Part shown: positions 48,162 to 59,000 of the stretch, piece by piece
Layout: each line of letters starts with the position of its first letter
Numbering within the stretch: position 1 is the stretch's first letter
DNA from: a bacterium
GTDB taxonomy: Bacteria; UBA10199; 2-02-FULL-44-16; JAAZCA01
DNA length: 64,000 nt
Assembly (NCBI GenBank): GCA_021810905.1
Contig: JAJZQH010000003.1
Coordinates: 1,897 to 65,896, forward strand
Direction: 5' to 3'
Translations under genes and position numbers: made by a program
The notes under the pieces: generated by a model
What the model was told of the DNA's origin: nothing
Databases searched by the model: none
Seen by the model: only the letters and a program-made list of their open reading frames with translations

Positions 48162-50009
48162 TCATTTGGCCGCGCTCAACCCGCGCTCCATATCGGGCAG
48201 CATTTTCTTCATCCTGTTCGCCATGAAAAAGGCCTTAAAGAACATCCCCCAGCTGACCAATGAATTCGCAAACAGATTCCACTGCCTCACGATTCTCTCC
48301 GCAACGTTCAAGCCCTCCGTCTCCATCTCTTCGGCGGCCCTGGTATTCTTGGCTATGGCATGCCCGATCTTGATGCTCTCCCACAACTTGCCCATGAATC
48401 CCCTGGAGTCCTTTGACTCAGCCCTTTTTTTACGGGTCGATCTGATCGCCTGCCAAATTTGTCCCATGTTGCGGCCTGCCAGGAATCTCCTTATCGCAGG
48501 GCCTTCTTTCACCATATACTGCAGGAAGAGCAATCCGCCGTACGTTGAAGTGAACAACAGCGCGTGGGGTTCTGTGGCTGGATAGACTGAAACTGCAGTG
48601 CCGATGAGAGATGCGGCTGCGCCTATGCCCAGCGCGTTGACTATATGTTCGGTCGAAAGCTGTCTTGTCCTCTCCGCCACGGTCATTCTGTGCGTTTTTC
48701 CATTCTTCACTTCTACGGTCCCGTTCGGATCGAGACCGCGCAGCCCCCAGTGCTCTTTTAAGTTTCTGATCGTCTTGCCGGCAATCACTCCAAAGCCAAT
48801 GCTCGGAGGGAGCAATGCGAGGAGAAGACCGCCTATGACCAGCGTCTTTGGGACAACAAACGCGTAGTTGGCCCACCGATAAAGCGCCTCTGCGTTCGTG
48901 GATAAGGCGGCAGCGTTGTGTGCCGTCGGCTGAAGTTTTTCCATGGCATCGCTTACATAGGCAGAGTTCTCACGCAGAAAGGAGAAGCGTTCGGGCGCAA
49001 ACAGTGCGGCCCCGAGTATGGCGCTCGAGGCGATGGCCACGGCAAACTTCGGCACACGGGCAATCGCGTTGCCGAGCGAAAAGAGCGCGGCGTTGACGTC
49101 AGGGGTGTTGATCTGTCTGTCCTCTCCCTTTTCCACGGCTGACACGTATTTCTGTTGCTCTGCCTCGAGCATGGATAACCCGCTCTTCGCCTTTGCCCAC
49201 CATCCCAGGATCGACAGCGCAAATGCCCCATTTACCGCAATCGTTCCCGCAATATAACCCGCTTCCCACATGGTTGTGCCCCTGCCGAACAATTGCGCTG
49301 CGCCTATAGCCAGAAGCGTCGCACCTGAACAGACCTTGTCGGCCGTAAACGCCACGTTTCCGAGCAGGTCATAATAGTTTCGGAGATGGAGCTTCGTCCG
49401 CTCATCTTCGCTCAACCTTGTATCTCTGGCGAATGCAGCGGTCGCTGCAATATTGCCTCCGATAGCAAGCAGGTATCGTGCAAGCTTGCCTCCCATATAA
49501 ACATTCGAGTATCCGGCTGATTCGATGTCGATCTGAACCCTCTCAGAAGGGCTGAGGGCATGCCCCATGTGATCGCCGACGAGAAAACGCATCGGGATCG
49601 ACATGACATTTCCGGTATCCTGAGTATGGAGCGGTTCATCCGTGTAGGTGCCGGCCGCAACAAGCGCGCCGCTTATTGCCTCAGCCCTTGCATAATCGCC
49701 GACTGCCGCGGCGGCGCTGGGGACTCCCTGCGTCGACAATCTCCACAATGCCTTTCCGTCGATTCCGCCGTCATGCTGAGATCCTTCCGCAACTGTGGAT
49801 ACAGGGCCAGAGACACCCGACGGAGCAAAGGTTGATGACTGATTTGAAATCGCAGCAGCATCTACTGAGGAAGCGGCCGCAGGGGAAAGGCGGTCATCAA
49901 CGATATCGTCCGCAGTCAGCTCTTCCGTTTCATCAAAAAGAGGCTCCGCAGAAATTGCCGAGCCAAACTGCTCTGCTGAAGCCGTAAGGGAAGCCTGCAC
50001 GCTTACCAT
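48162..50009 (-). CDS. Large hypothetical protein (615 aa) with internal hydrophobic segments, embedded in Pho cluster
   Basis: Long ORF with plausible codon usage. No recognisable domain. Divergent from phoB. Confidence 0.4.
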   Translation of the reverse strand: MVSVQASLTASAEQFGSAISAEPLFDETEELTADDIVDDRLSPAAASSVDAAAISNQSSTFAPSGVSGPVSTVAEGSQHDGGIDGKALWRLSTQGVPSAAAAVGDYARAEAISGALVAAGTYTDEPLHTQDTGNVMSIPMRFLVGDHMGHALSPSERVQIDIESAGYSNVYMGGKLARYLLAIGGNIAATAAFARDTRLSEDERTKLHLRNYYDLLGNVAFTADKVCSGATLLAIGAAQLFGRGTTMWEAGYIAGTIAVNGAFALSILGWWAKAKSGLSMLEAEQQKYVSAVEKGEDRQINTPDVNAALFSLGNAIARVPKFAVAIASSAILGAALFAPERFSFLRENSAYVSDAMEKLQPTAHNAAALSTNAEALYRWANYAFVVPKTLVIGGLLLALLPPSIGFGVIAGKTIRNLKEHWGLRGLDPNGTVEVKNGKTHRMTVAERTRQLSTEHIVNALGIGAAASLIGTAVSVYPATEPHALLFTSTYGGLLFLQYMVKEGPAIRRFLAGRNMGQIWQAIRSTRKKRAESKDSRGFMGKLWESIKIGHAIAKNTRAAEEMETEGLNVAERIVRQWNLFANSLVSWGMFFKAFFMANRMKKMLPDMERGLSAAK

Positions 50010-50153
50010 CGCTGCGTCCTTTCGAAAAACAAGTTGCGCTCGTGACCATGCTTTCTGTAATAATGCTCATGACCTCTCTCACCTGGCGCATTAAGCGCAG
50101 ACGTGCTTTAGGAAGTGATTCGCAATCTGTTAATTATTGGTTAGGAGCGCCGC

Positions 50154-50843
50154 ATGGCTAAACTGAAAGTGCTCGTGGTCGACGACGAGGAAGACCTGCA
50201 GGAACTGCTGCGCTACAATCTCGAAAAAGAGGGCTATTCCGTATCGTGCGTCTCATCGGGTGAAGAGGCTCTCGCCTCTGTCAGAAAAAGCGTGCCGGAC
50301 ATCATCGTTCTGGACCTCATGCTTCCGGGCATGGACGGCTTCGACGTCTGCAGGGCGCTGAAGAAAGAGCAGAAGAGTGCGCGCATTCCTATAGTGATGC
50401 TCACTGCAAAAGGTGAGGACACGGACATCGTAGCCGGGCTCGAACTGGGCGCTGACGACTACGTGACCAAGCCCTTCAGTCCCAGGGTTCTGATAGCGCG
50501 GCTGAGAATGGTGCTGCGCCGCAAGCGCAAGGACGATGCGCCGTCTGCTGCAGAAACGATTGAGATACGAAATCTGACGATAGACCCGCAGCGGCACAGG
50601 GTCTCCATCAAGGGCAGGTCCGTCGAGCTCACCGCGACTGAGTTCGCCCTGCTGCATCACCTGGCCGGCAAACCCGGCTGGGTCTTCACGCGCGGCCAGC
50701 TCATCGATTCGATCAAGGGGAGCGACTACGCCGTGACCGAACGCTCGATAGACGTACAGATCGCCGGCCTCAGAAAAAAACTCGGCGCGGCCGGAGAAAA
50801 TATCGAGACGGTGCACGGCGTCGGCTACAGGTTCAAGGAGTGA
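50154..50843 (+). CDS. phoB: OmpR/PhoB-family response regulator
   Basis: Receiver domain (VVDDEEDL...DLMLPGMDG...K) plus winged-helix trans_reg_C (ELTATEFALLHHLA...VHGVGYRF). Adjacent to phoR-like kinase and pst genes. Confidence 0.85.
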   Translation: MAKLKVLVVDDEEDLQELLRYNLEKEGYSVSCVSSGEEALASVRKSVPDIIVLDLMLPGMDGFDVCRALKKEQKSARIPIVMLTAKGEDTDIVAGLELGADDYVTKPFSPRVLIARLRMVLRRKRKDDAPSAAETIEIRNLTIDPQRHRVSIKGRSVELTATEFALLHHLAGKPGWVFTRGQLIDSIKGSDYAVTERSIDVQIAGLRKKLGAAGENIETVHGVGYRFKE

Positions 50844-50846
50844 GAG

Positions 50847-52274
50847 ATGTCGAGAAAGCGGCTCTTGTGGCAGCTCTATCCTTCGTATCTCGCGATCACG
50901 CTGCTGGCGCTCGTGGCGATCGCGATATACTCGTCCAATGCGTTCAAGCAGCTCTTCTACGAACAGACTCTCTCGGAGCTCACGCATTCGGCCAGGCTCG
51001 TCTCGCAGATCATACTTGGATCCAACGCATGGAGCGAGAAGACCATAGACGCAATATGCAAACAGGCGGCCCAGAACTCATCCAAGAGGATAACCGTAAT
51101 CCTTCCCGACGGCGTCGTCATCGGGGATTCAGAGGAAGATCCGGGTTTGATGGAAAATCACGCTGAGCGGCCAGAGGTGAGCGAGGCGCTCGAGGGCTCC
51201 GTGGGAATAGCCACGCGCCACAGCCGTACGCTGGGCAAGGACATGACCTACGCCGCGATACCGCTCTACAAAAACGACAAGGTGGCGGCAGTCGTGCGCA
51301 CGTCGATGCCAACGCGTTCGCTGTCGGAAGTTATGAGCTCTCTGTATGCGGGCATCGCACTCGAAGCCGTGCTCCTCGCCATCCTCGTTGCGGCGATGCT
51401 CCTCGTCATCTCCAGAAAAATAATCAAGCCGCTGGAGAAGATCCGGATCGGGGCACGCAAATTCCTTGAGGGAGATCTCTCATACCGTTTGAGGGTTCAC
51501 GGTTCCGATGAGGTAAAGGCGCTGGCGACGACGATGAACCAGATGGCGGCCGAGCTGCAGGAACGGATCGAGCGCCTCAAGCAGATGGAGAACACGCGCC
51601 GCGAATTCGTAGCCAACGTCTCTCACGAACTCAAGACGCCGATCACCTCCATCAAGGGGTTTGCGGAGACGCTGCGCGACGGTGCGCTGGACGACCCTTC
51701 GCGCGCGAAGCAGTTCCTGGAGATCATAGCTTCGCATGCCGAGAGGATATCCAATATCATCGAGGACCTTCTGCACCTCTCCCGGATCGAGCAGGTGCAT
51801 GAGGTGCAGCAGATACCGCTGGAGCGCAGCGCGATCAGGGAGATGCTCGAGTCCGCGATCCTCATGTGCGAGACCAAGGCTTCGGAGAAAAAAATTACGC
51901 TGGAGCTATCCTGCGACGCCGGGCTCACGGCCCTCATAAATCCTGCGCTGCTCGAGCAGGCGGTCGTGAACCTCATCGACAACGCGATCAAGTACAGCGC
52001 CGAAGGCGGAAAGGTTTTCATCGAAGCGAAGGACGACGCCTCGGGCATGCGCATCTCCGTGCGCGATTCGGGAGTCGGAATACCGCAGGAACACCTGTCG
52101 CGGATTTTCGAGCGATTCTATCGTGTGGACAAGGGTCGGAGCCGCAAGCTGGGCGGCACCGGCCTGGGGCTCGCGATCGTGAAGCACATCGTGGCTGTGC
52201 ACAACGGACACGTCTCCGTCGAAAGCACCGTGGGTCAAGGGAGCAAATTTACGATCCGCCTGCCGGCCGAATAA
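50847..52274 (+). CDS. phoR: Sensor histidine kinase (PhoR-like)
   Basis: Two TM helices, HAMP-like, HisKA SHELKTPITSIKGF, HATPase_c (GLGLAIVKHIV). Start 4 nt after phoB stop. Confidence 0.85.
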   Translation: MSRKRLLWQLYPSYLAITLLALVAIAIYSSNAFKQLFYEQTLSELTHSARLVSQIILGSNAWSEKTIDAICKQAAQNSSKRITVILPDGVVIGDSEEDPGLMENHAERPEVSEALEGSVGIATRHSRTLGKDMTYAAIPLYKNDKVAAVVRTSMPTRSLSEVMSSLYAGIALEAVLLAILVAAMLLVISRKIIKPLEKIRIGARKFLEGDLSYRLRVHGSDEVKALATTMNQMAAELQERIERLKQMENTRREFVANVSHELKTPITSIKGFAETLRDGALDDPSRAKQFLEIIASHAERISNIIEDLLHLSRIEQVHEVQQIPLERSAIREMLESAILMCETKASEKKITLELSCDAGLTALINPALLEQAVVNLIDNAIKYSAEGGKVFIEAKDDASGMRISVRDSGVGIPQEHLSRIFERFYRVDKGRSRKLGGTGLGLAIVKHIVAVHNGHVSVESTVGQGSKFTIRLPAE

Positions 52275-52424
52275 ACACTTTCGTCAGACGGCGAAGCCGG
52301 AAAACACTCATAATATCAGGATTGGACGGGAGCGATCCGGGGTCTGCGGTCTCCATATCAGGTGAATATTTTCGCTGGCTTTCGATACGAGAGATAGAAT
52401 ATAGACCTGCTTTCAAATGCCGCT

Positions 52425-52554
52425 AATGAATGCTCCCCGCGGCAAGCTGCGGGGTATCATCGGCAACATCTCCGATCACCCTCACCCTTCCCTCTCCCCT
52501 CAAGGGAGAGGGTGGTGGAAACCCCGCAGCAAGCTGCGGGGAATTATCTCATTG
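52425..52554 (+). repeat. MITE-like repeat element copy
   Basis: Near-identical to 46753..46900 and 55829..55958. Confidence 0.75.
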
Positions 52555-52618
52555 ATGCATCAACCGTTGATGCATTGAGGCATTTAACCACCAAGCTGCA
52601 GATAGATGGAGGTGTACT

Positions 52619-53983
52619 ATGAAAAGGGTCATATGCTTGCCGATAGTGCTTCTCGCCTTTGTCCTCGTTTCATGTGTCAGCACTTCAAGCGGCACCAGCA
52701 GCGACAGCGGCACCACCAGCGGAACCTCGTCCACGACGATTCCCGCCAAGGCAGCAGTACTGCACAGCACGCCTCCATTCGGCGGGATCATGGTGGCCGA
52801 CAGTGGAGAGGTGATCCTCCCATTGGTCAGCTCCGACGGCAAGACGATCACCGGCGCCATCTGGAACAGCGAGACCGGCGGCACAGTCACGGTCTATCTC
52901 GATCCTTTGACCCACCTGCCCACCAAGACCATCCTTGGAGATTTCATCTTCCTCTTCTCCAACTGGAACGCGAACGCAGGAACCGTGGACATCGCTGAGA
53001 TCTACGGGCCAGGCAACTTCGTACAGTTGTTCAGGGGTGTGAGCGTCTCCTCGCTCGCGATCGCTAACGCCAATCTGAGTTCCAAAGACATGGCCTCCAA
53101 GTCGACGTGTTTCCCGGCCTGCGACTCCGACGCCAAGAATCTCGCGGAGCTCCTCAAGTTCGCGGGGCTGGGCATATCTGTCGGCGCATGCGGCGTGGCG
53201 ACGACCGTCTCGCTTGGAGCGATGGCGCTCCCGTGCGCCGGCGTTCTCGTGAGCACGGCCATCGCCGTTGTGGATACTGATACGTGGCTGCAGAATCTCG
53301 ACGATGCGGAGAGCATTCTTTCGGTGATCGACGCAGCGCAGTGCGCAACGCTCGATGTGGAGAGCTGCATCAGCACGATCCTCGGAGGTCTGAGCGCCCT
53401 CTTCGACAACGCGAGCAAGGTCGAGACCGCATATGCAGATTTTGAAACGAACGCAGATGCGGCGCTGGCAGATCCTGCCCAGCCGAGCGGCGTCATGCCC
53501 GGAAGTGGAGCTTTGCCGATAGCGGCGACAGGCACCTATGAATGCGATCCGAACGGCTCCATGCTCTATGAACCCTGCCTCACGGGCGGGACGAAGACAT
53601 GCCAGGCCGACTTCACCTATTCCGAATGTCCGAATGCGCCTTCCAGCAGCAGCTCAGGCAGCACCGGAGGAAGTGGAGGTTCCGGCGGAAGCGGCGGCAG
53701 TGGTGGAAGCGGAGGCAGCGGTGGAGGCAGCGGCGGGGCGTGTTCCTACAGCTACGATATTCCCAGCATGAAGTGCCCTGGCGAAACCTGCGTTACGTTT
53801 GCGGCTTGTTGCTCCTCATGTTCCATCAGCTCCTGCGTATCTACTTCTGACGAGCACTGCAACGGGGCGTCCTATTATTACAAGGTGTCAGGCGACCCAA
53901 CGCATTACTCGACCAGCTCGGCGTGTCAGTTGGCAGCTAACTGTGTTTACCAGTGTTTTGGCCAGACGGCCACGTGCAACTGA
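52619..53983 (+). CDS. Cys-rich secreted lipoprotein (paralog of 16386..17618)
   Basis: Lipobox LVSCVS. Shared core KSTCFPACDSDAKNLAELLKFAGLGISVGACGVATTVSLGAMALPCAGV. (GGS)n linker. Cys-rich C-terminus. Confidence 0.6.
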   Translation: MKRVICLPIVLLAFVLVSCVSTSSGTSSDSGTTSGTSSTTIPAKAAVLHSTPPFGGIMVADSGEVILPLVSSDGKTITGAIWNSETGGTVTVYLDPLTHLPTKTILGDFIFLFSNWNANAGTVDIAEIYGPGNFVQLFRGVSVSSLAIANANLSSKDMASKSTCFPACDSDAKNLAELLKFAGLGISVGACGVATTVSLGAMALPCAGVLVSTAIAVVDTDTWLQNLDDAESILSVIDAAQCATLDVESCISTILGGLSALFDNASKVETAYADFETNADAALADPAQPSGVMPGSGALPIAATGTYECDPNGSMLYEPCLTGGTKTCQADFTYSECPNAPSSSSSGSTGGSGGSGGSGGSGGSGGSGGGSGGACSYSYDIPSMKCPGETCVTFAACCSSCSISSCVSTSDEHCNGASYYYKVSGDPTHYSTSSACQLAANCVYQCFGQTATCN

Positions 53984-54002
53984 CCCACCAGGAAATGATT
54001 TG

Positions 54003-54035
54003 AAAAAGGCCACCCTCTGTCCGGGTGGCCTTTTT
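54003..54035 (+). terminator. Rho-independent terminator (AAGGCCACCC-TCTGTCC-GGGTGGCCTT + T5)
   Basis: 10-bp perfect stem, 7-nt loop, TTTTT, 20 nt after lipoprotein stop. Confidence 0.7.
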
Positions 54036-54059
54036 GCGAATGCAAAGAAATCGATTGTT

Positions 54060-54299
54060 TCACTTGTCGGTAATTGACCAGGTTCCGGACGCGGGCTTGT
54101 GCTTGCCGCAGTGCGGGCATTCGTCCGCGCCGTTCCAGAATGGCTTTCCGCAGTAGGGGCACGGCTTGCGCGCGGCCTTGCAATGAGGGCAGCTCGCTGC
54201 AAGGGGATCCAGAAGTTCTCCGCAGAGGTCGCATGAAATCATGGGATCAGCGATCTTCATATGCCCTCCGGATGGAATATTCAGAATATCGTATCGCAT
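54060..54299 (-). CDS. Small double zinc-ribbon protein
   Basis: Four CxxC pairs (CDLCGE...CPHCK...CPYCGK...CPHCGK). 79 aa. Confidence 0.5.
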   Translation of the reverse strand: MRYDILNIPSGGHMKIADPMISCDLCGELLDPLAASCPHCKAARKPCPYCGKPFWNGADECPHCGKHKPASGTWSITDK

Positions 54300-54300
54300 T

Positions 54301-55677
54301 TTATCGCTCCGAAACCATGGGCAAAGCCAGCGCGTTCGCGCCGCTCACCAGGTCTTCATAAGAATCGTCGTCCTGTGTCACACGATCTTCCTCTTCTGGG
54401 AACGAAGACTGACCGGTCCCCGCATCGAAGAGGAGATTTTTTTCATCTTCTCCACCCGCATTTCTCACATCCACTACAGAGTGGCCTGCGTGAAATTTCA
54501 CCTGTTCCACACCTGAATCGAGAGCTGCGATCACGCGCCTGGTTACGCTGTGCAATCTGGCCGGGTCATCGTCCATAATGCGGATGTGCATCGAGCCGAG
54601 AATCGCGAAATTGAGGACAGCGATCGGCGTGAAGAATGGAGCCGCGCCTCCGAAGACGCGATCTGCGTGACGCTGCAGATCGTGATGGCGCGCCTCTTTG
54701 CTCCGGGCGGCAATCAGATACGAATTTTCCATATCGAGCAGCCCCGCCATGCCGTTAAAACCTGTGAACCACGGTTTATCGTAAAGAGATTGAAAGAGCC
54801 GCTGCGGCAGCAGCTCATCAACGGGAAAGATATTGAACGTTTCACTGCGCGCCGCTTCATCCGCCATGAGCATGTAGCCCGCGGCAGCCCGATCGTCAGC
54901 TGCGATCCCCTCCTGGAATTCCAGCTCCGTTCGATCATCGGCAATACCGATTCGAGGCGCTGCGACGCCGAACGCATCGAGAACCGAGTGAACCGCGCGC
55001 GACCATTCGGCTTGAGATAACTCGCCCATCGAGTGCGCGCGCATGAGCTCCATCCTGATCTTCGAATCGCCTGCGGCGCTGGAGATCGTGAGCGGCAGTA
55101 GCAGCGGCCTCTGCACAGGAAAAGCCAGATTCACCGCCTCCATGATATGCTCGTGTCTCACTGCGCCATCAGCAGCCATGAGCAGGATATTATTTCCATA
55201 GTCGAACAGTGCGGTGCGCACTGCAGGCCCGCCAGCTTTCCCGCGCAGAATTTCCGCGAGCTCATGCACCCTCTCACCAGCGTTCCTCAACACGCGCACG
55301 TAGTTGTCGCGGAAAAAAACGTACCTGGAAAGCGCTGCGTATCCGGCAAATACCGATTCCAGACTCATCTCCGCGTTACGATCGCGCAAAAGATATCCGC
55401 GCGCGTCTTCTCGGAACCTGCGCACGGTTGAAATGAGCGCTCCATACTCCCGCGCCTTTGGATCCGCGCTCCTGGAAAGCACGGCATGAAAACGAACGCC
55501 CAACGCCGCGTACGTTTGAAACCGCCTCGGATCTTCCACGGCGCTCAAGAGCACAGCGCGGCTCTGTCCGACCAGAGTCGGATCGTCCTCGACGATGGAC
55601 CTCGCCAGCCCCCTGCCGTGCTCCGTCCTGAGGATGGAAAAATCGTAGCCTGATACCGCGCCGCTGGAATCGTACAT
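54301..55677 (-). CDS. Hypothetical protein (458 aa)
   Basis: Long ORF, start abuts zinc-ribbon gene stop region. No recognised motif. Confidence 0.4.
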   Translation of the reverse strand: MYDSSGAVSGYDFSILRTEHGRGLARSIVEDDPTLVGQSRAVLLSAVEDPRRFQTYAALGVRFHAVLSRSADPKAREYGALISTVRRFREDARGYLLRDRNAEMSLESVFAGYAALSRYVFFRDNYVRVLRNAGERVHELAEILRGKAGGPAVRTALFDYGNNILLMAADGAVRHEHIMEAVNLAFPVQRPLLLPLTISSAAGDSKIRMELMRAHSMGELSQAEWSRAVHSVLDAFGVAAPRIGIADDRTELEFQEGIAADDRAAAGYMLMADEAARSETFNIFPVDELLPQRLFQSLYDKPWFTGFNGMAGLLDMENSYLIAARSKEARHHDLQRHADRVFGGAAPFFTPIAVLNFAILGSMHIRIMDDDPARLHSVTRRVIAALDSGVEQVKFHAGHSVVDVRNAGGEDEKNLLFDAGTGQSSFPEEEDRVTQDDDSYEDLVSGANALALPMVSER

Positions 55678-55828
55678 TCAGATCACCTGTTCGAAAGCCC
55701 TCAGGAAGGCGTATAACGTCAACCCTTACCTCAGAGATAGCAATTTAATAATTTGAATATACACTGTTTTTTGAGATGCTCCAAGTCGCAAATGAATTGA
55801 TGGGCAGAAATAATGCTATCTGTGCGCT

Positions 55829-55958
55829 AATGAATGCTCCCCGCGGCAAGCCGCGGGGTATCACCGGCAACATCGACGATCACCCTCACCCTTCCCTCTC
55901 CCCTCAAGGGAGAGGGTGGCGGAAACCCCGCAGCAAGCTGCGGGGAATCATCTCATTG
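55829..55958 (+). repeat. MITE-like repeat element copy
   Basis: Near-identical to 52425..52554. Lies just 3' of cusA. Confidence 0.75.
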
Positions 55959-56002
55959 ATGGGCCATCTTGACACACGCGGCAGGATGTTTGCTCGAGAA
56001 GA

Positions 56003-59000
56003 TCAGCCTCTGAATTCCCTCTTCTTCCAGAGGAGATAAATTGCGGGGTACACCAGGAGTTCCATCGCGAATGACGTGACGAGTCCGCCTACCATCGGAG
56101 CTGCGATGCGCTTCATCATGTCCGCGCCCGTGCCGATGGACCACATGATCGGGATGAGTCCCATGAATGCGGCCATGACAGTCATCATCTTCGGCCGGAT
56201 TCTTTTCACAGCGCCGTGCACGATCGATTCCTTGAGATCTGAGATATCCTTGAGCATCCCGTTCTTGCGCGCGTCCTCGTGCGCGATGTCGAGATACAGG
56301 AGCATGAAAATGCCGGTCTCCGCATCGAGACCCATGAGCGCGATGAGCCCCACCCATACCGCGATCGACATGTGATAACCCAGGATGTACAGGAGCCAGA
56401 TCGCGCCGATCGCGGAGAACGGAACCGCGAGGAGCACGATCGCGGCCTTGATGCCGGACTTCGTGTTCAGGTAGAGCAGCACGATGATGATGAAGAGCGC
56501 GAGCGGCAACACCACCTTGAGCTTCTCGCGCACGTGCAGCATGTTCTCGTATTGTCCGCTCCACGCGAGCGCGTAACCTGACGGCAGCTCAAGGTTCGCA
56601 TTCACCGCTTTTTTTGCGTCAGATACAAAGCTGCCCACGTCGCGTCCGGCCAGATCTACGTACACATAGCCCGACAGCATTCCGTTCTCGTTTCGAAGCA
56701 TGCTCGGGCCCTGCACCAGGCGAATATCGGCCAGCGCAGCGATGGGCACCTGCGCGCCGTCGGGCGCCGCGACCAGCACGCGCGAGAGCGCGCTCATGTC
56801 GTCGCGAAGTTCCCTGCTGTAGCGCACGTTGATCGGATAGCGCTCTCGCCCTTCCACCGTCGTCGAGACGTTCTCTCCTCCGATGGCCGAGAGGATCGTC
56901 TCTTCCGCGTCGGCAACCGAAATTCCAAGCCGCGCGAGTTCATCACGCTTGAGGTCGAAATCCAGGAAGTATCCGCCTGCGGCGCGCTCCGCGAATACGC
57001 TCCTCGTACCCGGCACGCCCTTGAGTATAGTTTCAAGGCGGCTGCCGATCTTCTCGATTTCCTTTGTATCGTTTCCGAGGATCTTGATTCCTATCGGCGT
57101 GCGTATGCCGGTGGAGAGCATGTCGATGCGCGCCCTGATCGGCATGGTCCACGCGTTGGAGACGCCCGGGAACTGCATGGCCTTGTCCATCTCTGCAACG
57201 AGTTCGTCCCAGCTCAACCTGTCGTTCCAGATATGCCTCAATGGAGCCTTCATTATATCCGGCATCCATGAGTACCATCGTTTTTTTCCACGCCACTCAT
57301 CCATCGGTTTGAGCACGACCGTCGTCTCCATCATCGAAAACGGCGCAGGATCCGTGGAAGTCTCGGCGCGGCCCGCCTTGCCGAAGACCCGCTCTACTTC
57401 TGGAAACGATTTCAATATGCGGTCCTGCTGCTGAAGGAGATTCTGCGCCTCAGTCACCGATATGCCCGGCAGCGTCGTGGGCATGTAGAGGATAGTGCCC
57501 TCGTTCAAAGGCGGCATGAATTCGCTGCCCATCATGACGAACGGCGGGATCGCGGTAAGGAGTAAAACCCCCGCGATCACGATGGTCCTCTTCGGATGTT
57601 TTAATACGAGCCTGCATGCGGGTTCGTAAACTCGGAAGAGCCTCTTGCTCACCGGATGTTTTTCCTCGGCGTAATAGCTGCCGACGAAGACGCGGTTGTA
57701 GATCCAGGAGAGCCAGGCGGGCTTGAAGTTGCGAAAATCCATGCGCGTGAAGAGCATGCGCATCACCGGATCGAGCGTCACCGCGAGGAGCGCGGCGATC
57801 GCCATGGCGAACGTCTTCGAATACGCCAGGGGCTTGAAGAGCCGCCCTTCCTGATCCACGAGCGTGAAGATCGGCAGAAATGCGACTGCGATGACCAGCA
57901 GCGAAAAGAACACGGAGGGCCCGACCTGCTTGAGCGCGTCGAGGCGCACCTGATGGAAGTCTCCCTTGCGGCCGCCGTCCTTCCATTGCTGCAGCTTCTT
58001 GTAGGCGTTCTCCACCTCCACGATCGCGCCGTCCACGAGCACGCCGATGGATATGGCGATTCCCGCGAGCGACATGATGTTCGCGGTGAGCCCCATGAAG
58101 TAGAAGGGTATGAACGCGAGGAGCACCGACAATGGGATCGTGAATATCGGCACAACGGCCGAGGGGATATGCCAGAGAAAGATCAGGATCACTATCGATA
58201 CGATGATCATTTCCTCTATCAGCGTGTCGGTGAGCGTGGAGATCGAACGCAGTATGAGATCCGATCTGTCATATGTGGTGACGAGCGTAACGCCTTTGGG
58301 TAAAGACGGTTCGATCTCCTTGAGCTTCTCCTTCACGCGATCGATCACTCGAAGCGCGTTTTCTCCCTGCCGCATGATCACGATGCCGCCCACCGCGTCG
58401 CCTCTTCCGTCGAGGTCTGCCACGCCGCGCCTGATATCCGGCCCAAGCTCCACGTTGCCGATCTGCCCGATGGTAACCGGCGTGCCGGCTATCGGGTCGG
58501 CGCCGACCGCTATATTCCGGATATCCTCCACGCTCTTTGCGTACCCGCGGCCTCGCACCATGTATTCGCGTCCGGAAAATTCCACGAGGCGGCCGCCGAC
58601 GTCGTTGTTGTTGCGCCTGATCGCCTCCACGACCTGTCCGATCGGGATCTTGTAGGCCGCGAGTTTATTGGGATCCACGCCCACCTGATACTGGCGCACG
58701 AACCCGCCGACGGTCGCAACCTCCGCGACCCCGGGGACCGACTGGAGATAATAACGCAGATACCAGTCCTGATAGCTGCGCAGCCCAGCGAGATCGTTCT
58801 GTCCGGATTCATCCACCAGCGCATACTGAAAAACCCATCCCAGGCTCGTTGCGTCTGGACCGAGTTCCGTGGTCACTCCCTCGGGCAGTCGCGGAGTGAT
58901 CTTGCTCAGATATTCGAGCGCGCGGCTTCGCGCCCAGTATATGTCCGTCCCGTCCTCGAAGATGATGTAGACGTAGGAGAAACCGAAGTCGGAGAAACCG

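Noticed and set aside
50010-50153. Enteric-type Pho box (CTGTCAT) in the phoB/hypothetical divergent promoter
   Set aside because: Only weak partial matches (CTGTAATAATGCTCATGA). Not convincing compared with the TAACA-type repeats elsewhere.
53640-53740. Short GGAAG/GGCGG tandem repeats
   Set aside because: They encode an in-frame (GGS)n linker of the lipoprotein. Not a CRISPR or VNTR between genes.
55776-56039. + ORF translating as MNAPRGKPRGITGNIDDHPHPSLSPQGRGWRKPRSKLRG (similar ORFs at 46720..47106 and 22986..23261)
   Set aside because: These are translations of the MITE-like repeat element, not genes.
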